Positions 9,715-19,800 of a stretch of 64,000 bases of DNA are shown one piece after another. Both the position numbers and the translations under genes were made by a program. The stretch's first letter is position 1. Each line of letters opens with the position of its first letter. Location: the NCBI RefSeq assembly GCF_028288105.1, contig NZ_JAQBOI010000090.1, positions 119 to 64,118 on the forward strand. The letters are read 5' to 3'. The DNA comes from Mucilaginibacter sp. (GTDB taxonomy: Bacteria; Bacteroidota; Bacteroidia; Sphingobacteriales; Sphingobacteriaceae). The notes beneath the pieces were generated by a model. It made no database searches, was not told the DNA's origin, and saw only the letters and a list, made by a program, of their open reading frames with translations.

Positions 9715-10579
9715 TGATACTGAGGAAGGAAATAGAGAAAATTGCACTGCAAGAAAATGTATCCTGTAGTACGGTAGATAAGGATTGGGTATTAGGTCAT
9801 TTCATTGATGCTATATTCTCTGTCCCGTTATGCCGGGATAGTCTTGTATTTAAAGGCGGTACCTGTTTAAAAAAGTGCTATATACCTGACTACCGATTTT
9901 CAGAAGACCTGGACCTTACATCTGTAAACCCTGACTTTGTATTAAGCCGGGAATTATTACAGGAAAATAATCGAACTGATAACACAACGAACAGAAATTC
10001 CTTTATTTATTGATTCTATAAAAGAATTGAAGCATAAGGACATGCCTACCGGCTACAGCCATCATTAAGTTTTGGGGCGCAGATCATTTAAAGAACCAGG
10101 CACCACCTCCCCCCGAAAGATGGGCAACAAGCGTAAAAGTAGAGATTATCCTTTTTGAAAAAATGTTATTCCCGGTTAGCTTACGGCCCATAACACATGC
10201 GTATTCTGATAAATTGGCCTTAGCAGATCAAATTATCCCCTGTTATGATTTGCAAGAGGTAATGTCGGAGAAATTGAGAGCGTTAATACAGCGCTCCTAT
10301 TCTGCACCGAGGGACTACTTTGATATATGGTATCTATCCCATAAGCTTGAAGCTATAGAATGGCCGATAATAGTAAAAGCCTTTCACCAGAAAATGAAAT
10401 TTAAAAACTTGAAATTTACCGGCATAGACCAATTTTTAAATGATGATGTAGATAAAAAATTTAAAGGTGCATGGAAAAATAGCCTTGCCCATCAGATACC
10501 ACATGAACAATTACCACCTTATAGTCAGGTGAAAGAAGAGCTATCTTTATTGTTTGAAAAAATATTTAATGCCAATTGA
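9714..10579 (+). pseudogene. abiEii: AbiEii nucleotidyltransferase toxin, two frameshifts
   Basis: FKGGTCL..RFSEDLD in the first frame and EKLRAL..PRDYFD in the last; continuity is restored by shifts near 9964 and 10055. Confidence 0.85.
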
Positions 10580-10817
10580 GGCCAGCGGCTGCGGCAGGTG
10601 GCTTCATTACACCACGCGCTATCGCGCCGGGTTCCATTCCGCCGCCAGCCTCGCCGCCACGCAAGCAGGAATGAAATTCGCTATCGCTCATAACATACCT
10701 GCTACGGGCCTAGCCACTTAAAATGAGTTAAGTAAAGGCAACAGCAAATTAACAATAAAGATGACTATTAAGGGGCATTGTAAACAATAGTCGAAATACA
10801 ACAATAATCAGGTGATA

Positions 10818-11243
10818 CTACTGTATTCTCTTTTTGGCTTTAAGCTCCTCAGATAACCTTATAAAATTAACCGCAGGAAGTAGAATAGGGCTTATGCCTG
10901 CCTTCAAAGTAGTGGTAGCTAAATGCTCTCTTAAAAAAGGAAACATAATTGCAGGGCCATTGGCCTTTGCAAATTGTTCAATAGGTATAACGGGTTCGGA
11001 ATCGCATTTAAAGATGCCCATCATTTTTATTTTGGCCGAAATTTCTTTTACTCTTTTTTTACCAGCCGAATAATCTAAAGTGACAGTTATATGTAAAGTC
11101 TGATTTTCTAAAACTTGGTGGTCAACAGTTATGTCGGCATTGTTTTTAAACGATGGGTCTTCAAAATTCACATTTATTGCACGTTTAAAATTACTTTCGA
11201 GCAAGTAAATTTCAGTCAATCGAAAAGAGGATTTGTTTGCCAT
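10818..11243 (-). CDS. SecB-like chaperone
   Basis: 141 aa; YLLESNF, GIF, NGPAIMFPFLRE, PILLPAVNF are SecB-family motifs. Confidence 0.85.
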   Translation of the reverse strand: MANKSSFRLTEIYLLESNFKRAINVNFEDPSFKNNADITVDHQVLENQTLHITVTLDYSAGKKRVKEISAKIKMMGIFKCDSEPVIPIEQFAKANGPAIMFPFLREHLATTTLKAGISPILLPAVNFIRLSEELKAKKRIQ

Positions 11244-11797
11244 TATGCCGCTAAAGAATAGTCCGGTTCGTTTTCTACTTCATCAACTGGGCAGTCTTGC
11301 GCATTGACAGATTTTGAGTGCAAGTTGAAAGTTGGCGATTCAAAATCATTATTATGATTACGCAAATTCAAACTGAAGTTAAAAACCTTAGAATATTGTT
11401 TTACCTCGTAAATATCTTGCTTAAAAACCACAGATGTTGGAATTTCCGGCACAAAATCTTCCAACATTATATCAAGGTTCTCGTCATTCCACGATATGCT
11501 TATAGTGTTGGTGTGGTACTTATTACCACATTTAATATACTCAGGTTGATTTACCGTAAAAAGATCATCTTCTGTAATGAAAGCGAGCCCTTCACTTGGG
11601 TAGATCTTAATAAAGTCAACGATAACGTCATTTTGCTCTTTTACAAAACGACTATCGTATTGTTCAAAAACATCTTTTGGTAAAACTTCAATGAAATGCG
11701 TTTCGCTTAGTTCGTCCATCTGATAACTAAACTTCACGTAAGGAAAATGTTTAGCTAACTCGTTGATTTTAGAAACTATATATTTTTTTGAGCTCAT
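11243..11797 (-). CDS. Hypothetical protein, putative antitoxin with ChAD-like tail and ssrA-like C-terminus
   Basis: Translationally coupled between the HEPN and SecB genes; ends ...ENEPDYSLAA. Confidence 0.7.
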   Translation of the reverse strand: MSSKKYIVSKINELAKHFPYVKFSYQMDELSETHFIEVLPKDVFEQYDSRFVKEQNDVIVDFIKIYPSEGLAFITEDDLFTVNQPEYIKCGNKYHTNTISISWNDENLDIMLEDFVPEIPTSVVFKQDIYEVKQYSKVFNFSLNLRNHNNDFESPTFNLHSKSVNAQDCPVDEVENEPDYSLAA

Positions 11798-12213
11798 AGC
11801 TGAAAATGTTTTTTTAGAAGAGAATTCGCTTGCACTGAAAAGTCGTAAGCTAACAAAGCATCTCTATCTATAATGTTTTTAACGGAATAATCCGCCTTGG
11901 CACGTGCCGTACTTAAACTTTTTATTTTTGCATTAAATTTAGAAGCATCTGTACCGTCTCCGTCTATGCGAATAAATTCAATGTAAATAATATTTTGTAA
12001 CCACTTATGATACCCATTCTCATTTTTGGCTCCTTCTTTTCCCTCTGCAGTAATCTGCAATTCAGTTTTCCCAAAATGCGAACGGAGTATGTGCAGCATT
12101 AATTGCACACATGCGTAATACGCACAATGGACACTTGAAGAGAACAACGAAGCTTTAATAAGTTTGTTTGAGGCAATGATACTTTCATCTGATTTAATAA
12201 TTAAAACCGACAT
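11794..12213 (-). CDS. HEPN domain protein (UPF0332-like), putative RNase toxin
   Basis: SSVHCAYYA, H in GYHKW, R-x-x-ADY (RAKADY); ATG at 12213 gives 139 aa. Confidence 0.78.
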   Translation of the reverse strand: MSVLIIKSDESIIASNKLIKASLFSSSVHCAYYACVQLMLHILRSHFGKTELQITAEGKEGAKNENGYHKWLQNIIYIEFIRIDGDGTDASKFNAKIKSLSTARAKADYSVKNIIDRDALLAYDFSVQANSLLKKHFQL

Positions 12214-12369
12214 GCCTGTAATAAAGTGATTTAAGTTCCATGCAATGATAACTATTTTTTTAATATAACAAATGTTACCGCAGATTATTTTGTTATGATC
12301 GTCGTCAGTTAAAGCGAACAAAATCTTAAAAAGGGGAAGGGGGTAATGAAAGGTGAGAATTTAAATAAA

Positions 12370-12401
12370 TAGACAGGACAATAACTTTATCACCCTGTCT
12401 A
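12370..12401 (-). terminator. Hairpin after the YjzC-like gene
   Basis: TAGACAGG...CCTGTCTA inverted repeat. Confidence 0.5.
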
Positions 12402-12412
12402 TCCATTAAAGA

Positions 12413-12580
12413 TTAAGCGTAAGCTTCTAATCTCCAGGTTACGCCTTTGCCGCCGTATGGTGGCATAGTGTTTCCTTTAGCGATAGGGGCAGTTGTTGAT
12501 GGATTACCAACAACCTTCCATACGCCACTTTCAGGACACGAGTGGCCTGTACTTGCAGTGGTACCTATTGGTGCTTTCAC
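12413..12580 (-). CDS. 55-aa YjzC-like small protein (not in ORF track)
   Basis: MKAPIGTTASTGHSCPESGVWKVVGNPSTTAPIAKGNTMPPYGGKGVTWRLEAYA; GTG start with upstream AAGGAG; G-x-x-C-P-x-S-G-x-W...G-x-x-M-P-P...W pattern. Confidence 0.75.
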   Translation of the reverse strand: MKAPIGTTASTGHSCPESGVWKVVGNPSTTAPIAKGNTMPPYGGKGVTWRLEAYA

Positions 12581-12692
12581 AGTATTTGTATTAGCTCTCT
12601 CCTTGTTGAATCAGGGCAGGAACACATTAACCCTCTGAGAAATTATATTTAATTCAAGCAGGTTTTCTCATTAACTGCTTGAATGTTATGTC

Positions 12693-12863
12693 TTATTTTT
12701 TGGTTACGCCTTTAAAAGGTTTGCCGTCAGCCTTCTGATCCATGAATTTGTTTGTGCTTGTATCAATCTTCGTCCATTTTTCATTACGTGGATTATACAC
12801 TTGTACACGACCTTTCACTGCTCCTATTCTGTGCCCATCACCTGCGGGTGCATTTGTTGCCAT
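12693..12863 (-). CDS. 56-aa basic small protein (not in ORF track)
   Basis: MATNAPAGDGHRIGAVKGRVQVYNPRNEKWTKIDTSTNKFMDQKADGKPFKGVTKK; perfect AAGGAGGT upstream of the ATG. Confidence 0.8.
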   Translation of the reverse strand: MATNAPAGDGHRIGAVKGRVQVYNPRNEKWTKIDTSTNKFMDQKADGKPFKGVTKK

Positions 12864-12944
12864 GATTTATACCTCCTTCCTTCTTTGTTATAATGTGTTA
12901 AAAATATTAAGCTTGTTTCTATGGTATCAAAGGTGGGGAGCACC

Positions 12945-12963
12945 TATGCAGTGTATCTGCATA
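12945..12963. promoter_or_regulatory. Palindromic operator between the WYL gene and the divergent small genes
   Basis: TATGCAG-TGTAT-CTGCATA. Confidence 0.6.
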
Positions 12964-13008
12964 ACAAATTGTATTTTTATAATCTCAACAGCTAACCTTT
13001 AAACCCTT

Positions 13009-14028
13009 ATGGCAGTTAATAAAAATGCACTGATACGCTACAAAATTCTGGATAGGTGTTTTAGTAATCCGGGTAAAAGATATTTTATTGAAGACCTTGT
13101 TGAAGAATGCAATAAGCAGTTAATGGAAATTGATCCAAACTCAAAAGGTATTCAAAAAAGGCAGCTATTTGAGGATATCAAATACATGGAGAGCGCGGAG
13201 GGCTGGTCAGCCGAGATAGAAAAAGTCGCATTCGGAAAAAAGAAATATTACCGATATGCAGATAAAAACTTTTCGATCAATAACCAGCCATTAAATGCAG
13301 CAGAAATTGAACAATTACATTCTGCAATGGATATTATATCGCGATTTAAAGGTATGCCGCAATTTGAATGGATTAATGAGTTTACTCCAAAACTTGAGCA
13401 GGCATTTACATTGGATGCACATGTGATGCCTATTATTAGTTTCGATAATAATGAATACTTAAAAGGTGTCGAATACATTAGTGAACTTTTCCATGCTGTA
13501 CTATATAAAAAAGTACTACACATAACATACCAGCCTTTTACAAGTGGAACACCAAGATATTTCGTTATTCACCCGTATTATTTAAAGCAATACAATAACA
13601 GATGGTTCCTTTTTGGTCACAACGAACAAATGGAAAAGCTAACAAACCTGGCTTTAGATAGAATAACCTTAATTGAAGAACAAAATTCTATTTACCATGA
13701 AAATGATGAGTATGATTTTAATGAGTATTTTGAAGATATAATTGGTGTTACCAAGCCGGATGATGGCGTAGTGGAAAAAGTAATTTTAAAATTTAGTGAA
13801 CTATCATTGCCATACATTTTGTCGAAACCTTTACATGGCTCACAAAAAAGTATTCGCACAGAAGGCGAACAATTAATTTCTATTGAAGTAATGATCAACT
13901 ATGAATTAGAAAGTCTGTTATTATCATTTGGTGATCGCGTATCGGTTAGTGAACCTCAACACTTACAAGACAAAATAAAAATGAGATTGCAGACAGCCAT
14001 TGAGCAATACCCAACCATTAAAGATTAA
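13009..14028 (+). CDS. WYL-domain transcriptional regulator (HTH-WYL-WCX)
   Basis: N-terminal wHTH, HPYYLKQYNNRWFLFG, LALDRI, PLHGSQ. Confidence 0.92.
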   Translation: MAVNKNALIRYKILDRCFSNPGKRYFIEDLVEECNKQLMEIDPNSKGIQKRQLFEDIKYMESAEGWSAEIEKVAFGKKKYYRYADKNFSINNQPLNAAEIEQLHSAMDIISRFKGMPQFEWINEFTPKLEQAFTLDAHVMPIISFDNNEYLKGVEYISELFHAVLYKKVLHITYQPFTSGTPRYFVIHPYYLKQYNNRWFLFGHNEQMEKLTNLALDRITLIEEQNSIYHENDEYDFNEYFEDIIGVTKPDDGVVEKVILKFSELSLPYILSKPLHGSQKSIRTEGEQLISIEVMINYELESLLLSFGDRVSVSEPQHLQDKIKMRLQTAIEQYPTIKD

Positions 14029-14054
14029 ATTCGCACCCTTATACTCGATATTAA

Positions 14055-15524
14055 ATGCTTACACAATCCCTCAAATCACAAATAGATAAAGTTTGGACTA
14101 CCTTTTGGACCGGTGGCGTATCCAACCCCTTAACCGTTATCGAGCAGATCACTTACCTGCTTTTTATACGCAGATTGGATGAATTGCAAATTCTGGCAGA
14201 AAGAAGAGCGAATGCGTTGGGCGAACCAATTAAAAATGCGGTCTATCAGGCAAATGAGCAGGAATTGCGCTGGAGCGTTTTTAAGGATATGGATGCCGAA
14301 ACCATGTTTGATTTGTTTAGGAAGGCTGATGGCGTGTTTGACTTTATGAAGAACAAGGGTGCGTCAACCGATTCATCGTTCAACAAATACATGAAGGGGG
14401 CCACCTTTATGATCCCTACACCTCGATTGTTGCAGTTGGTGGTAGATCTACTGTCGGCAGTAGATATGAACGACCGTGATACCAAGGGCGACGTTTACGA
14501 ATACCTGCTCAGTAAAATTGCCAGCGCGGGCACTAATGGACAGTTCCGCACGCCGAGGCACATCATTCGCATGATGGTAGAAATGACCAATCCTACGCCT
14601 GAAGATATCATCTGCGATCCATCAGCAGGGACATCTGGTTTTTTGGTAAAGGCTGCCGAATATATTCTGGAGAATAACCCGCAAATATTGAATAATCCTG
14701 AAACCCGTAAAAGGTATGAGGGCGATATGTTTATGGGGATGGAGTTTGACGCTACCATGATCCGCATTGGCGCTATGAACCTATTATTGCATGGGATAGA
14801 AAACCCTCAGCTAAACGATGTGGACGCCCTTAGCGAGGCCAATAGCGGGTTTAAAAGCAAGGCTACGCTAATACTCGCTAACCCGCCATTTAAAGGGTCG
14901 TTAGATCAGGATGCGGTTGATAGCAGCCTGAGCAGCGTAGTAAAAACCACCAAGACCGAATTGCTATTTATTGCCCTGATACTGCGCGGTTTAAAGCTGG
15001 GTGGCCGGGCGGCAGTGATTGTACCCGATGGTGTTTTGTTCGGTTCATCAAACGCGCATAAACAGATACGCAAGGAAATTTTAGATAATAACCAGCTCAC
15101 CGGCGTAATCTCTATGCCCAGCGGCGTATTTAAGCCGTATGCTGGGGTAAGTACAGCGGTATTGCTGTTCACTAAAACCGGCGCGGGCGGAACCGATAAG
15201 GTTTGGTTTTACGATATGAAAGCCGACGGCCTTAGCCTGGATGATAAGCGCCAGGATATTGCTGCTAACGATATCCCCGATATTGTTGCCCGCTGGAACA
15301 ACCGCACTGCCGAAACCGGCCGCAACCGTACCGAAAAAAGCTTTTTAGTGCCACTTGCCGAGATACAGGCCAATAACTACGACCTGAGCATTAACCGCTA
15401 TAAAGAAACTATCCACGTAGAGAAAACCTACGATAAGCCCGCAGTGATTATAGAGCGCATTGTAAGCCTTGATGCCGAGCGTGGCACTTTAATGGCCGAA
15501 TTAAAAGCATTATTGATAAACTAA
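14055..15524 (+). CDS. hsdM: Type I R-M methyltransferase subunit
   Basis: GQFRTPRHII, DPSAGTSGFL (motif I), NPPF (motif IV). Confidence 0.95.
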   Translation: MLTQSLKSQIDKVWTTFWTGGVSNPLTVIEQITYLLFIRRLDELQILAERRANALGEPIKNAVYQANEQELRWSVFKDMDAETMFDLFRKADGVFDFMKNKGASTDSSFNKYMKGATFMIPTPRLLQLVVDLLSAVDMNDRDTKGDVYEYLLSKIASAGTNGQFRTPRHIIRMMVEMTNPTPEDIICDPSAGTSGFLVKAAEYILENNPQILNNPETRKRYEGDMFMGMEFDATMIRIGAMNLLLHGIENPQLNDVDALSEANSGFKSKATLILANPPFKGSLDQDAVDSSLSSVVKTTKTELLFIALILRGLKLGGRAAVIVPDGVLFGSSNAHKQIRKEILDNNQLTGVISMPSGVFKPYAGVSTAVLLFTKTGAGGTDKVWFYDMKADGLSLDDKRQDIAANDIPDIVARWNNRTAETGRNRTEKSFLVPLAEIQANNYDLSINRYKETIHVEKTYDKPAVIIERIVSLDAERGTLMAELKALLIN

Positions 15525-15642
15525 ACATGGCGTGTTTGCAACCTTACAATTGGTACCGGATAAGCCTTAACTACGATTGCCAGCGCATGCGCGATATGGT
15601 ACCCATTATTATCCGAGTAAATAACGGGCTTAAACAATATTT

Positions 15643-16857
15643 ATGATGAAGAAGACGATGAGTTCAGGTATGATAATGACGTTAGCTGATGTCTTTCCAT
15701 TAATTAGAAACGGTGCAAGTATAAAGCAGGATGACACCCAAGGTGGAATACCTATTACGAGAATTGAAACAATTGCAGATGGTACGATAGATAACTCCAG
15801 ACTGGGTTTTGCCGATATTGACACAGAAAAATATGCTACCTATTATCTACAAGATGGAGATATTTTAATGTCACATATAAATAGTTGGGCACATTTAGGT
15901 AAAACTGCTTTAGCTGAAAATATTAAGGCTAAAATTATTCATGGAATGAACTTATTAGTGTTAAGGCCAAACATAAATGAATTATTCCCCCGTTATGGAA
16001 AATACTTTTTTGAAACACCTTTATTCAAAAATCAGTTATACAAGATTTCAAACCAATCAGTCAACCAATCGAGTTTTGCTATATCAAAATTAAGGTCACT
16101 ACAAATCCCGGTACCTAAACTACGCGATCAGCAATATATCGCCGACATCTTAGACAAAGCCGACACCCTACGCAAAAAGGATCAGCAACTACTGCAATAC
16201 TACGATGACCTTGCCCAAAACTTGTTTATTGATATGTTTGGAAACCCGGTGAGGAATGAGAAAGGGTGGCCTCAAAAATCGCTTAGTAGTGCTTGTGTTA
16301 AAATAACTGATGGCACGCACTTTTCACCTCCAAGCCAGGCATCAGGAGTTCCGTATATAACAGCAAAACATGTGCGAAAAAACAAAGTTGATTTTTTTAA
16401 TAATCCAACATATGTAACCCAGGAAGATCATGAGGCTATTTACAGCAGGTGCACACCAGTAAAAGGAGATGTGCTGTACATTAAGGATGGTGCGACAACT
16501 GGTATTGCTGCCATAAACAACTATGACTTTGAATTTAGCATGCTCTCAAGTTTGGCGTTAATAAAAGTGAATAAGCAAGTTTTAAATAATTACTTTTTGG
16601 CACACTGGCTAAACAATGAAAATATAAAAGAAAATTACATTCGAAACTATATGGCAGGAGCAGCAATCAGAAGATTTACGTTGGACAAAATTAAAAGGTT
16701 CGAAATCCTGATTCCTCCTATCACTCTTCAAAACAAATTTGCCACACAAATCCAAAACATCGAACAGCAAAAGGAAAAACTAAAACTGCAAATGCAGGAG
16801 TCTGAGAATTTGTTCCAGTCGTTGTTGCAAAAGGCTTTTAATGGTGATTTAAATTAA
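15643..16857 (+). CDS. hsdS: Type I R-M specificity subunit
   Basis: Two TRDs with conserved repeats IPVPKLRDQ..IADILDK and ILIPPITLQNKF; start may be a downstream Met. Confidence 0.92.
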   Translation: MMKKTMSSGMIMTLADVFPLIRNGASIKQDDTQGGIPITRIETIADGTIDNSRLGFADIDTEKYATYYLQDGDILMSHINSWAHLGKTALAENIKAKIIHGMNLLVLRPNINELFPRYGKYFFETPLFKNQLYKISNQSVNQSSFAISKLRSLQIPVPKLRDQQYIADILDKADTLRKKDQQLLQYYDDLAQNLFIDMFGNPVRNEKGWPQKSLSSACVKITDGTHFSPPSQASGVPYITAKHVRKNKVDFFNNPTYVTQEDHEAIYSRCTPVKGDVLYIKDGATTGIAAINNYDFEFSMLSSLALIKVNKQVLNNYFLAHWLNNENIKENYIRNYMAGAAIRRFTLDKIKRFEILIPPITLQNKFATQIQNIEQQKEKLKLQMQESENLFQSLLQKAFNGDLN

Positions 16858-16891
16858 TTTTCATAGTTTAGTGCTTACCTAATCACTTCAA

Positions 16892-19800
16892 ATGCAGCAG
16901 GGTAACTTCTATTTTTTAACGGGCCAATACGAGGTGTTTTACGAACAGGCCCGTAAAGCGGAAACCTACCTGCAAACCGATGCGGAAATTTGCGCCATAG
17001 TATGCCGCAAATCGTTAGAGGAAATGGTGCGCTGGATGTTTGATACTGACCGCCAGCTGGACGTGATCCACGACGAGGACGAGAACACCCTGAACGCCCT
17101 CATGTATAAACCCGGTTTTACCAACTTGGTGGGGCGCCAATTGCTAACGGATATTACCGCCATCCGCCGCACGGGCAACCTGGCTGTTCACAGCGACAGG
17201 CATAAAAAAATTACCACTAAAGATGCTTATACCTGCCTCATCAATCTGCACGCCTTCGCGCAATGGCTGGTAAGTTATTATGGCGATACCATTTACCGCG
17301 AGCCATTTAAAGCATCAAAAATACAGGAGGAAGAAGCTGTTGAAGTTGTCGCAGCCGTTAAAAATGAGATTGAGGTATTGGCAGAAGAGCCGCTGGCTGA
17401 TGCCGTTGCCCAAACCGCTACGGGTATCGAATATCACTCCCCGTCAGAGAAATTAACTCGCGAGCTGTATATCGATATTCTGCTGAAAGAAGCCGGCTGG
17501 ATAGTAGGCGAGACCAATACAGTAGCCGAATATCCGCTTAGACACAGCGAAGCCGGTGCCGACCGTGCCGATTACGTTTTATTCGGTAACGATGGTAAAC
17601 CGCTGGCCGTTGTAGAAGCCAAAAAAACAACGGTTGATGGCCGAGATAAAGGCTTAGGCCAGGCAAAACGCTATGCCGACGCGCTTGAAAAAGAATTTGG
17701 CCGCCGCCCCATCATCTTTGTCAGCAATGGGTTCGAGCATGATATCTGGGATGATTTGCATTACCCTTATCGCCAGGTTTATGGGTTTTACAGTAAAGAG
17801 GATCTGGAAACACTGGTCAATCGCAGGTTGATAGAAAAGCCATTGAGCGGCCAGCCCGTCAACACCACCATAGCAGGACGCTATTATCAAATAGAAGCCA
17901 TACAGCGTGCTAAAGAAGCACTGGATGGCCATAGGCGCGACTTGTTGTTCATTATGGCCACCGGCAGCGGCAAAACGCGCACCGCCGCCGCTATGGTTGA
18001 TGTGCTTACTAAAACCAACAAAGTAAAACGGATCCTTTTTTTGGCAGACAGGACACCGCTGGTATCGCAGGCTAAAAACGCTTTTAACGATTACCTGCCG
18101 CAGTTAACATCGGTTAACCTTACAAAAGATAAAACATCCGATCAGGTACGTATGGTGTTCTCCACTTACCAAACCATGATCAATCAAATAGATAACGAGT
18201 TTGATGGCGAAAGGCGCTTATTCACCACAGGCTATTTCGATCTGATCATATTTGATGAGGTACACCGGTCCATCTACCAAAAATACCGGGCCATATTCAA
18301 CTATTTCGACGGTATCCGACTTGGTTTAACGGCCACCCCAAAATCTGAAACGGAAAAGGACACTTACGATCTATTTAAACTGGAAGCCGGTGTGCCAACC
18401 TTTAGCTACGAATTAAACAAGGCGGTCGAGGATGAGTTTTTACGGCCTCCGGCGGCGTTAAGCGTACCGTTAAAATTTTTGCGGCAAGGGATTAAATATG
18501 CCGAGTTAAGCCCCGAAGACAAAATTAAATACGAAGAAACCTTTGCCACCAGCGAAGACGATATCCCCGACGAAATAGATTCGGCAGCACTGAACGAGTG
18601 GCTGTTTAATGAAGATACCGTTAACAAAGTTTTGCAACTATTAATGGATAAAGGCCATAAGGTAAACAATGGTGATACTATTGGCAAAACCATCATCTTC
18701 GCTAAAAATCAAAAACATGCTAACTATATTGCTACTTGTTTCAACCACTTATATCCGCAGCTAAAAGGGCATTATTTACAGGTGGTCACCCACTCATCCG
18801 ATAAACCTGAGGCAGCTATCGATCTGTTTAAACAGGCCGATAAAATGCCGCAAATAGTGGTATCGGTTGATATGCTGGATACTGGGATAGATGTGCCTGA
18901 AATATTGAACCTGGTATTTTTTAAGCCGGTGCGTTCAAGCTCAAAGTACTGGCAAATGATTGGCCGAGGCACCCGCCTTTGTCCTGACGTATTTGGAATT
19001 GGGCTGGATAAAAAAGACTTTTACATTTTTGATTTCTGCGGCAATATTGAATTTTTCGGCGATAACCCCGCCGGGGTTGAGCCAGGCTTAACTATCTCAT
19101 TAACGCAGCGTGTATTTCTGTTAAAAGTCGAACTTGCCGTCACCCTCGAAAAATTTGTGGAGGATGATGAGCTGAACGAATACCGGACAATTCTGCTAAA
19201 TGAATTACACCAGGAAATTTTACTGTTAAATCAGGAGAGTTTTGTCAATCGCCAGCATTTACGCTTGATTATTGCTTTTGCCGATAGAAACCACTGGAAC
19301 AGCCTGACAGAAGATAAATTAAGGGATTTAAAAAAGAATATCGTACCACTGCTCATCAACTCCGACCCTGATTTTGATGCCCGCAAATTTGACGCGATTG
19401 CCTACCGGTTAATGAGCGCCTATTTAAATGACGATAAAGCCTTAAATAAATTTATCACCATAGTAAAAGACACAGCGACATCGCTGTTAAAGCAGACCAC
19501 CATACCGCAAGTGGCGTCAAAAAAAGATCTGCTGCTCTTACTTACCAACGACACGCACTGGCAGAATATCACTATTCCCCGGGTTGAACATATCCGTCAG
19601 GAGATCCGGGAGCTGATGAAGTTTATAGAGAAAGAGAATCAGGCTAAAATATATACCAACATTACCGACGAGCTAACAGGCGAAATCACCCTGATGGATA
19701 TCATAGTACCCTACGTTGGTTTAGATACTTATAATAAAAGGGTAGCCTCGTTTATCCGCAAGCACGAAAACTATCTTGCTATCAGTAAAATAAAAACCAA

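Noticed and set aside
12214-12321. N-terminal extension of the HEPN ORF in the track
   Set aside because: Non-ATG start in AT-rich promoter-like DNA; ATG at 12213 gives a typical HEPN size
12447-13002. Plus-strand ORFs 12447-12638 and 12742-13002 from the track
   Set aside because: They are antisense to two better minus-strand microproteins with RBSs and protein-like motifs
15527-15646. 39-codon ORF between hsdM and hsdS
   Set aside because: No recognisable motif or supporting signal; may be a remnant
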